Shown here: positions 1 through 10,700 of the stretch, one piece after another
Position numbering within the stretch: the first letter of the stretch is position 1
Layout: every line of letters starts with the position of its first letter
NCBI GenBank assembly: GCA_043228905.1
Contig: JBHGNT010000008.1
Location: 16,368,001-16,432,000, forward strand
Direction of reading: 5' to 3'
Origin: Azolla caroliniana
Taxonomy: Eukaryota; Plantae; Polypodiophyta
DNA length: 64,000 bases
Notes under the pieces: model-generated
Databases searched by the model: none
What the model saw: the letters and a program-made list of their open reading frames with translations, nothing else
Told to the model about the DNA's origin: nothing
Translations under genes and position numbers: made by a program

Positions 1-2393
1 TCTAGTCAATATAGCAGATTGAATTTGTAACACTCAAATGAAATGAGATATTCTCATATTGATGTTTGTTTGATGTATGTAAACTGGCTGAACATGAAGA
101 TACAATAAGATCAAGATCCATCATCTGATATGAAGCTATCAGAGCTTCAACTAGACACTATACTTTTGAGTTAACATTGTATGCACCTCACCTCATATCC
201 GAGGAAGTGATATCATCAATCCACCCTGCCCCTCTGAGGTTAAGAGTAGTGACCTTAAACTTTGAGAAGTCATAGTTTTTGCACAACTTCAAGATTATCT
301 CGTTTTTGCAAAATTTCAACGAATCTTGCACAACTTCAATAAATCCTCATTTTTGTAGTAAACTTTGATTTCTTGTTGTTTTTTCACAACTTTAATGAAA
401 CATCGCATTTGCGAAATTTCAATGAAAAATTGTTGTGGCACAACTTTGACAAATGGTAATTTTCTTTGAGTGATTTATTAGCACTTAAATGAGTCAATGC
501 ATCATGGATAACACAATTTCAAGTCTACCCAAATCCCCCTTGTTAACCCTAAGACCACCAAATCTTAATCAAAGCATAAGGAGTATAGCATGCTAGCCAT
601 AGGTTGTAGCAATTAGCTTCCATGTAGTCAAGTGAGTGTACTCAAGTTTAAATGTGCCAATAAGCTTTTTCCCTAGACTCTAAAACCAAATCTATTTCAA
701 TGGCACCTACTATAAGAGCCCTTGACATTTGCACATTAGACAAGCAAAGAGACGAAGTTCTCAATGGATTTAAAGTTATAGATTGAGAGCTTGCATGAGT
801 GACCAATTTGTTGGCTACAGGAAAACTTTCACTAGGAGTTGGAAAATACCCCTAATGTGCTTACAATCATATGGCCCCCACCCATAGCTAGGATAAGCCT
901 TTTACGCCAACAAAGCCAACAACACGTTGGTTTAATAAACATTATACTTAGTTTGTTGTCATAATTCTATAAATCACTTGTTGGGCTCAAAGAATATTGT
1001 AATTGAATGTTGATAGTAGTGAACCCAAGTTTGCAACAATTTAGATGAACACCCTTGCATTTTCTCATATGGCTAGAATACCCTTTAATTGTTTCTATAA
1101 GACACCACACCAAAATACTCATAATTTAACAATCATCGTAATGTTATTCTTAATTAGAGAACAAGAGCCCAAAATTAACAATTAAAACAACCTTATTATC
1201 AGCGTTTATTTGAGTGAATAAAAAAGTAGGGGTTTTTTGGTCATCCTTAAAAAATAGGGGTATTAAGGTAAATTGAAATAAACAAATGAGTATCCCAATA
1301 CAAAGTTAAGAGTGACATTTCAAAGTTGTAACTTTTCTCCTTGTTTTAAATGCAACATTTGGTTTCAAACTTCATTTAGAATCATGCAAATTCAATCTTG
1401 TTTCCAACCCTTGACATGTAGAAACTGATCTATGAAGCCACAATTTACAATTAGGACGGATGATCCGAACAAAAAAATGTGGGTATTTGTAAAGAATAAG
1501 ACATCAAAACAATTGTTCGTGACTCCAACCCAAAGCATTAACATTACAAACCACATGATCATCCTTAAATATTATACACCATCATTTTAATTTATGACCT
1601 CCCTACGCGAACCCATTAATGAGCAAGAATGTTTACAACTGCAAGAGTCACAAACCAAGTTTTGCCTCTTCTTTATTCTTACTATTTTTCACACCCACGT
1701 TTATATGTGAATTTAGAATGCTGAGACCATACATGTCAACAACTGCTCCTAGAACAAAACAACCGGAAAAACAGTTCATGAGGTTAATATCTCATGTGAT
1801 AAGAGCAAAACCCATCAACTCCACGTGAGATCATTAGAGCGGAGTCAAGGACAACACCACCAATGGTAGTAATGTGGTGCTCCTAGACAGTCCCAACCAA
1901 GAAGTTACCCCAAACTGAGTCACAAAAGAACCAATAAGCCCCAAAATGAGTGGGCACAAACCCACAGAGTCCCAATTGAGGTTGACACGCGCATAAGTAG
2001 TTAGGACCCAAGAAGAGAACCAATGCCAATCTTGATCTTAGTTCCAATCCCAAAAACGAGACACCACCCTTGGGTTGGGACTACTAGCCCCGATATGATT
2101 TGGGACTCACGAAAGACCCAACCCTAGACCTTGTTACAAAAGTTGTGCCTCCCATGTTTCAAGGTCCCCATGTTTTAGGTCCACAATGGTAAGCTCTATT
2201 CGAAGCAATGATTGTCAAGACAATGAGATTAGACACTTGCAACTTGTTCTAACATCCTCTATTCGATTGGTAACAAATGGGCATCGATTTGGATTGTCAT
2301 GGTTTAGGGCATTAAACTTGATGGTGCCTAATTGGGTGGTGGCAAGCAACAACTGACCAACAACGAGTGAACACATTGAGAGGACATTAGGGT

Positions 2394-2943
2394 TAGCAAT
2401 GGGCCCGGTTTCGGTTCAAACCAAACCGAATTGTTAAGCCATGGTTTAAAGGTTTATTAGTTCCATAATAATTAAACTGTTTGGTTCTGAAACAGGGGTT
2501 TATTGGTTTATAGGTTTAAGTGGTTTGGTTAAAAGGTTTATAGGTTTTTGGGCTAACTTTTTTTATCCCTTAAATGTTTATGTAATTTAATGGTTTAATT
2601 ATATATTTTTTATTGATTTAATTCACTTAACTTAAATGTTTATTTAATCTAATGGCTTAATTAATTAATTAAACATAAATGCTTATTTAATTTAGTGTAT
2701 TGTTATTTATTTAATTTATTTAATTAGTTTGGCTTAAATGTGGCTAGGTTTAAACTTTTTATTAAATGGCTCGGTTTGGTTTCAACTTTTCCTTAAATGG
2801 TTTTGGTTTAACTTTTCTTAAATGGTTTGGTTTAATGGTTTGAAAGTTCATAAACAGTTTGGTTTGGTTTTTGTTTTGTATAAATGGTTTGGTTCAATTC
2901 GGTCTGGTTTTAAGGCAAAGAAACCGAACCGGGCCCATTGCTA
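2394..2943. mobile_element. hAT-superfamily MITE (550 bp)
   Basis: 17-bp terminal inverted repeat TAGCAATGGGCCCGGTT / AACCGGGCCCATTGCTA; perfect 8-bp TSD ATTAGGGT (2386-2393, 2944-2951); subterminal GGTTT/AAACC motifs; AT-rich core. Confidence 0.9.
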
Positions 2944-2971
2944 ATTAGGGTTAGATTAGATGATCAATTTG

Positions 2972-3006
<35 letters not shown>

Positions 3007-3322
3007 TCTGAAGAAAGCATGGGTCTGTCGTATGTCCAAGGACACATGGGAGTAGGACAAAAGGCACCTGATCTGGGGACAAAATAAGAGCTGAATATCA
3101 TAGGCGGAGCTTTCGAGGCTTGGGTCGAGACTCCTAGTCGACACAATCAAAACAAGTCATTGAGATGGAGACCAACGCCTTTCGGTCTGCATCTCAATGA
3201 CCGAAGCCTTCCGGTCTGGCCGCAACTATGTACATATAGAAAACGGCCGGCCGGGGAAACCTCTTGGCCGGAAATCAGAGAAAGAAAGAAAGAAAGAAAC
3301 AAAAAAGAGTTGGGTCATTCCT

Positions 3323-5207
3323 ATGGAGGGAGAGAGGTCCAGATCCAAGAACACTGAGACATGGGCAGATGAACTCAGGAAGATGGCTCCCCATCCCCTA
3401 CAGTGTAGCTCCAAACACTTGGTGATTCAGGTTACAGAGGAAGCATTCTTGATTTGTGACAAATTTCCAAAGGTATATACTACATGCATAGATTAGAATT
3501 ATTTTTTTGGTGCAATTAATAGAAGTAGTTACACAAAAAGTATTTCTATTGTTTTGGCCACAATTCTCTCTTTAAAGGTTGCCAATGTATACTTTATTGC
3601 TCCTCATATGGATAGATACTTCTACATTTATATGATCATGATCATGTGTATGTGTAGTTTGTGTGTGTGTATTTGTGGGTCTGCATAGGAGTATGAGTAT
3701 GGATATGGATATGTATGTGCATATGTGTATGCCAATTATTGAACTATGTACAAACACATGCAGATACATATGCAATCTATTTTATGTGTGAATTAATGGA
3801 GTCTGGAATTCTTTTGGAGTTAAGATATCATGGTTGAACCTTTTGTAGAGCTCATCTTTGTCAAGCATTCAATCCATTCTCAGATGCTATCACATTTCGA
3901 TGATCTGAAATGAAAGGAAAAGGCAATGTGTTTGAACCAATCTTGGGTTGAAACTCTCTAAATTTCAGAGATAATACCTAATTACATTGGTAATTTAGAT
4001 CATTTTTCTTTGGGTTTCTGGTTTTCCTTAATTTTCAGGGCCGAAAGCATTTCCTTCTAATATCAAGAGAAGATGGTCTCGACAGCATAAAAGACCTGAA
4101 AAGCTCACACCTTCCACTTCTACAACATATGCATAGAATGGGCGAAGCATGGGCCGAAACTCAACTTGAACAAGACCCAACATTGGTTTTCCGAATGGGT
4201 TATCACTCGGTATGCCTTTGTATCCATTGGTTAAAACTTCGTGATTCTCATTGATGGATGAAGTATGTAGAATCACGGGTCTTACTATGTAATGTTCTTA
4301 TTACTAAAGTCTAGATATGGTTAGGTTATGAGCAAAAAAAAAACCTTCATCATATATACATGCTTCTGCGCAATGTGATCTTGTTTGTTTATATCACCCC
4401 CCTCATCAGATGATTCTGGAGGGAGAAAGAGAGATATATTAAATGCTCTTAAGAGACACAATATTACCTATGAGACCAAAGTAGACATTATGCCTCAAAA
4501 TATTATCTCACCTTGGAGACCAGCAAACCAAAGTAAAATATAAGTAAACTAGTAAAAATCTGTCTAATGTACCAAACATTCCTGTAGATAGATCGAAACT
4601 CTTTGTCTTCGAAGATCTCCAAGATAGACAATCCTCTGATAGTTTTGGGTTGATAAATGACCTTGATTTGTTGATAACAAAACTAACTTTCTAATCAAGA
4701 GGGCAATTAATAAACTAAACCCATTTCCTACTTATTATAAATTAATCATTGTAACCACAAATCCTTCTTTTTAAAATGTAGGGTTATGTGTTTAATCTTT
4801 ATTCTCATATGATTAGGAGCCTAACGTTAACCTAAACATACATGCATCTTCCGCAGGAACCATCAATGAGACAACTCCACATGCATATAGTGAGCCAGGA
4901 TTTCGATTCTCCTTGCATGAAGAATAAAAAGCATTGGAATTCCTTCACGACGGCGTTCTTTCGTGATTCCAAGGGGGTTATTGAGGAGCTGAAGAATACA
5001 GGGAGTGTAAGACCATGGGGTGATGAGAACAGTTTGCTTAGGCTGGAGCTTCGGTGTCATCGGTGCCGAAGCATACAACCGAACATTCCCAACCTAAAAC
5101 AACACATAAAGTCATGCCGGGCCCCGTTTCCTCGAGACTCGGTAGAGAAAGGGTACTTCATCATGGCAAAAACAGAGGATATAAGCAATAAATCAATGAC
5201 TACATAG
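3323..5207 (+). CDS. Short aprataxin paralog (HIT plus zinc finger only), 3 exons, 223 aa (265 aa if the in-frame ATG at 3197 is used)
   Basis: Exons 3323-3472, 4039-4209 and 4857-5207 correspond to the end of exon 4 and to exons 5 and 6 of the downstream gene, with the same intron positions, GT..AG sites and no stops. The middle exon has 46/57 identical residues by hand count. DKFPK, GYHSEPSMRQLHMH, KHWNSF and CHRC..H..C are retained. The start codon and expression are uncertain. Confidence 0.75.
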
Positions 5208-5680
5208 GAGGTAGGGTCTCAAAGCTTGTAAATATCCGAATGTCCGAAGCCAATCACGAGATAAATGTACTTAATCATATGCATAGTTCATCAACAGTCT
5301 TTTTGATGGTTGTAAATATTGTAAACGATGTGGTAGCAATATATAATTTATATATTGGATGCATTACTCCTTTTTGTTTTCGAAGATGCAGATTGGATTT
5401 GGTTTTGTGTACGTTTTGTTTGTTGCAATTGTAGGCTTGGAATGTGCTTGGAACAAATTGGGTTGATCTCTAGGACATATATATACGTCATACATGTGTG
5501 TAAATACATACATTCTTTCATCATGTGTAAAAAAAAACAGGATGTTAGTGGCATAAAAGAATGCTCTGAACAAGAGAGATGGGCCATGAAAAAATATTTC
5601 ACACGGAAAACGATCAGAAATTTTGTTGGCATATGCTTTTGCATGAGTTGCAGTCCTTAATCTCGTTAACGCCTTCTTGT

Positions 5681-6140
5681 TAGCAATCGACAATGGTTCA
5701 GTTTGTACCGAACTGAACCATGAAATTGTGGCTTAACAGTTTAAACTAGTTGGTTTGGTTTGGTTCAAGTTATTGTAAATGGTTCGGTTTCAATTCGGTT
5801 CAGTTCGAACCTTTATTGGTTTAACGGTTTTCAGTTTAAATGGTTTGAAACCACAATTCAAAGGGTTTGACAATTTAGGATTAACACCTGATAATTTTCT
5901 TAAATATATTTTTAAACATTTTAAGCCTAATTTTGATATTTTAAGAAAAATCTTTAAATTTTGAATTATTTTATTTTATTTTTATTTTTAAAATTAAAAT
6001 GTGAAATTTTGAATTTTGGTCTAACTTGAAAACCAAATTCGAACCGCGAAACCGGGATTTTAACAGTTTAAAGGTTTGAAAGTCTCTAAAACCATCTGGT
6101 TTGAGCTTGAATTTTTTGTAACGGTTTTGTGGTTCGATTT
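5681..6140. mobile_element. Degenerate MITE related to the 2394-2943 element
   Basis: Starts TAGCAAT and has the same GGTTCGGTT/AACCG subterminal motifs and AT-rich core. The right TIR and TSD were not recognised, so the end is approximate. Confidence 0.55.
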
Positions 6141-6143
6141 AAG

Positions 6144-6408
6144 TTTCCTATTATGAAGATGATAAAACACAATGAGCATATATTTTGGTGTTCCACCTTG
6201 TAGTGTTTTCATAATAGGCATGATGAGGATATGTTGAACTTAACATTCATAGGTACTTGGATGTGTGAATTGTTGCCGATTGTTATTTCCTGTTATGAAG
6301 ATGATAAAACACAATGAGCATATATTTTGGCATTCCACCTTGTAGAATTATCATAATAGGCACGATGAGGATATGTTGAACTTAACATTCATAGGTACTT
6401 GGATGTGT
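6144..6408. repeat. Two-copy tandem duplication, period about 142 bp
   Basis: TTATGAAGATGATAAAACACAATGAGCATATATTTTGG...CATTCATAGGTACTTGGATGTG starts at both 6151 and 6293. Confidence 0.85.
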
Positions 6409-7301
6409 TCAAGGGAATGCCTCCGAAACTAATGCATGTCATGAATTCTTGGGATTTAATTCCCATGCACGCTCCCACTCACTTCCACAATCTATATAAA
6501 AAGTTGACTTGTGCAGTAGTTCAATATCATCTCGATGTTTTGATGTCATCCTCTCTGTCTTGGACACTTGCATTTCACTACTCCATTTAACCTTGGAATT
6601 TAGGTTGTATGGCAGTCAAGGCTTGTTCGATCACATCTCTTTATTTTCATTCCCATTTTTGTGAAACTATTCATCTCCCAATCAAGTATCAATATGCTTT
6701 CGGTCACAATCCCCATTATCACTTGATCACTCAAGTATTATGTCTAAGTACAATAATTTATCATGCATCACCTGTTATTCACGTGAAGGATATTTTGGAT
6801 TGCACCTCATCCACATACCAACTATTCCAATCAACATTCATAGGTTTCTCGTTTTATCGTGTTGCGTTTTTTTTTCATTTGTACATGAGTAGACATTGCT
6901 TTTGTGCGTGAAACCTTACATTATATATGTTCATGATCCATGTTTTTGAGTCATAAGTTCATCCACCTCTCTCACGTCCACCAGATAAAGTACATGCAAT
7001 TCGTGAAAAGCTACGATAGTAAGATAGATATATTTTTAACGTCCATGGGAGACTAGTTGCGATTTATGAGACGGGGGCCTAGCTGCCTAGGGCGAGGACC
7101 AAACTTGAAAGAGAACAAACACCTAGAAGGTTGAGCTCATATATGTATGATTATGCATTATTCTCACACATTAATAGATTATGCTTCAAAGGTACAAATA
7201 TCCCTATTTAGGAAGGAGAGACGCAACTAGAAAGCTTGTGTACTCAATGTCCCAAGAGTATAGTAATTATTGGCCTCTCTATGGACTCTAGGAAACATCT
7301 C

Positions 7302-7446
7302 ATCTGATCTAATCTAATCAGATCTGATCTAATCTAATCTAATCTGATCTAATCTAATCTAATCTAATCTAATCTAATCTAATCTGATATGATATGATCT
7401 AATTTGATCTAATCTGATCTAATCTAATCTAATCTAATCTAATCTA
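7302..7446. repeat. (ATCTA/ATCTG)n pentanucleotide microsatellite
   Basis: Directly visible run of atcta/atctg units. Confidence 0.9.
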
Positions 7447-7507
7447 GTAGTCTCTTCGCATTCACAAGATATGGAATGCGGATACTAATACGGCTCAATG
7501 ATGCAAA

Positions 7508-7564
7508 AGGGTTTAAGGTTTAGGGTTTAGGGTTTTAGCCTTTAGGGTTTAAGGGTTTAGGGTT
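7508..7564. promoter_or_regulatory. Cluster of degenerate plant telomere-type TTTAGGG motifs (telo-box-like) about 170-220 bp upstream of the APTX ATG
   Basis: gggtttaaggtttagggtttagggttttagcctttagggtttaagggtttagggtt. The regulatory role is inferred from known plant telo-boxes (AAACCCTA). Confidence 0.4.
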
Positions 7565-7730
7565 GAAGCTGAGGGAGGAGGGTATTTCGGGAAATTTTGA
7601 AAAAGAGAGGGGCAACCCATGCTATTCCTGAATCCTCCTCTATCTCTATCTCTCCATGTACATATATATGTACATATGTGTTGCATTTATGTGTTTGAGA
7701 CAATCAGAGGTCTCGCAGATCTTTTGGGTT

Positions 7731-10700
7731 ATGATGCCTGAATGCAGATATGGAGCCCTGTGTGAGAGAAAGAACCCAGACCATCGCCTCCAGTTCTCTC
7801 ATCCCATCTCAAACAACTCAGGTTTCCTCCCCCTCTTCCTCCTCCTCCTCTTCTTTATTTTGTTTTTGTTTTCGTTTTTCTGCGGAGGAGTATGTGGATA
7901 CCATGGTATTGTTTGTATTTGTTTGATTTCCGACAAGAATGATCTTGATTCGGTGGTGTTATACCTGTTTTTTTACCTCCCGTTGTTTTTTGAATCGAAG
8001 CTCAAGTGGAGTGAAGGTTTGCATACGCATCCTCACAATCTATCAAATTCCTTTTGTGTTTGTGTTTGTTTGTTTTTTTCTCCCTGTCAAGAATGACCTT
8101 AATTTAGTTGTGCTGAAAGAGGATTCATTTGTTTTTTAGTTGAAGATCTAGTGAAGAGTGAAAGATTGCATGCGACTCCTCACAATCAATTGGATTCTGA
8201 TAAGAAATCCTCTCCACAACAGAACTCGAAACAAGAACGTGATTTAAAAAACAACATTGTTTTAATGCTTGTGGGGCTTCCAGGGAGTGGTAAGAGCACT
8301 TTTTGCAGGAGATTGCTTGGAATTCATGCTTCCAAATGGAAGCGAGTTTGTCAGGTTTGTTTGTTCCTTGGCCATATTCTTTTGAATGTATATAATAGAT
8401 GAACGTGTTACTTCTCTTGTAACATATCATAAACAAACCTAAGGGAGTGTTTTGAAGGATTGTAATAATGTGACTGTTTGCAATTTCAGACCGATCCAAA
8501 TTCCTTTTGTGCCCTCTTTAGTCATACATGTAAGAATGGGGACTTATAACTGGCAATCTTTGCGCATGTGAGAATAGAAACGAAAATGAATGGCCAGAGA
8601 TCTAAGAAACCCAAAGTTACATCCATGTAAAATTTAGTGAGAAGGAAAGAAAGATGTATTAATGTCTACTGGAGGCCAAAATTGTCCTGTGCGATATATA
8701 TATCATGATTAAAAATATGGCAATTTCAGGTTATCTATATTGAATTAGGCCTATGAGACAAATCCTGATTACAAATGTGGGTTTCATGTTATCTATAATG
8801 TGTGTGTGTATGTGAGGGAGAGAGAGAGCCGCTGTGTGCTCAGGGGGTTGTGGGCCCTGATGTGATGTTGGCATCCTGTGGTCATACATTATCCCTTTCG
8901 GTAGCCTCATATTGTGTTCCAATTTGATACCTTTTAGAGGAAAAAGAAGCATTAGTTAATGACGGTTTTGTTTCTCCATGTCTTAGGACACTATTTCCAA
9001 TGGAAAACAAGGAACAAAAGAGCAATGTTTGAAGTCTGCTAAGAGTGGCTTGGTCCAGGGATTCAATGTAATCATAGACCGATGCAATCTTAATGCAACT
9101 CAACGCCATGACTTCCTTGAACTAGCAAGGTCACTTCATGTGAATGCACATGCATTGGTTCTAGATTTACCTGTCAAAGTATGCATACACCGTGCTTTTG
9201 AACGCACAAGTCATGAAGGGGGCTTGCAAGGGAAGGTTGCGCCTGCTGCGATACATCGGATGGCGAAATCTATAGAAAAACCGTCTGAAGCTGAGGGTTT
9301 CTCTTCTATCTTCTCTTGTACTTCAGATGATAAAATCGAGAAAGCATTTAGCTTTTATGATCAATTCTCTGGGACTGGGAAACAAGGAAGAGGTGACAGC
9401 TCCATGATGGACATGCCTTCGGGAGTGAAACAGAGAGGACAAGAGAATGAGTCTCAACAAAATGCTGTCATTGATTTGAATGGAGGTTCTAGAACACTTG
9501 CTTTTCCTTCAATCTCCACTGCAGATTTCCAATTTGATCACGAGAAGGCTTCAGATATTATTGTTGAGACAGCTTTGGATTTCCTGCAGAAGGCCAAGAA
9601 ACATAGATTAAGGCTTGTTATGGTGGATTTGAAAGAAGATTCTGATATGTTAACTCGTGTCCGTCAGAAGGCAATTATTTGTGGTCTTGAAAAAGAGGAG
9701 TTTTTTACAGTATCGGGAGACATAACGAGACTTTATTCGAGTCGTAGACTGAAGTGCAACTTCATTGCCAATGCTGCAAATTGGTCAGATAACTTTTTAT
9801 TTTCTTTAATGTTCACATTAGGGAATTAACATAGATTTATAATCTTTGTTAGCTTGCAGAGGCCATTGTGGTCTTTTAGAAACATAATTATATCCATTTT
9901 TTTCCAGATTAATGTGTTTTTAGCTTTAAAACAAGATGTCTGGCAGGCGTCTGAAACCTGGGGGTGGGGGTGTAAATGCAGCAATTTTTGAAGCAGCTGG
10001 TAATGAGCTCGAGATTGAAACCAAAAAACTTGCCAAGACATTAAATCCTGGATCAGCTCTTGTTGTGCCCCTGCCACTTACCTCTCCTTTGTACACTCGT
10101 GAAGGTGTGACACATGTTATCCATGTCCTTGGTCCAAATATGAACCCCCAGAGACCAAATTGTTTGTATGGAGACTATAATGAAGGGTGTAAACTATTGA
10201 GACATACATATTCTTGTATGTTCCACGCCTTTGCATCAGCCGCTGAATCTCAGCATATACAACAGAGTCCCAATAATCAGTGCCCTTCACCAAGTGATAA
10301 AGCTACAGTTAATGCAGATAAATCTTCTCCTGTTAATGCATTTTCGATCTTGATGCAGGCAGCGAAACGTAGAAGTGGCCCTTTTGATGATGACCAGAAA
10401 ATGAAACGCAACAAACATGATTCATACCCTAAGGGTGCTAGTTCAATTGGATTGACAGATTCTACCTGCAGTTCAAGGCCAAACTCAACTGAACATGGCA
10501 ATGAAAAAAATAGTCATCGTGAGTTGGGTCAGAATAAAGATGTCTTTGGGGGAGAATCACATAGACATCACAGCGAGAAGAATTCGAGATTAAAAAACTC
10601 ACAACCCTGGGCAGAAGAACTGAAGAAGATGGCACAGAATCCAGAGCTGTATAAAGACATTGTATTACAATTTATGCAAGAGGCATTTTTAATCGCTGAT

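Noticed and set aside
1-2385. Probable very old retroelement debris
   Set aside because: I could not anchor any motif, terminus or TSD, so it is not reported as a feature.
7508-7564. A true telomere or chromosome end
   Set aside because: The tract is short, degenerate and internal, directly upstream of a gene.
7656-8096. 146-aa ORF with a hydrophobic stretch, read as a membrane protein
   Set aside because: Only 7731-7821 is exonic. The hydrophobic part is T-rich intron read-through, and the upstream ATG lies in a TA/TG repeat.
7000-8150. An N-terminal bHLH domain, expected from the 'bHLH140' name of homologs
   Set aside because: No bHLH-like peptide was seen upstream of the kinase exon; a PBZ exon is there instead.
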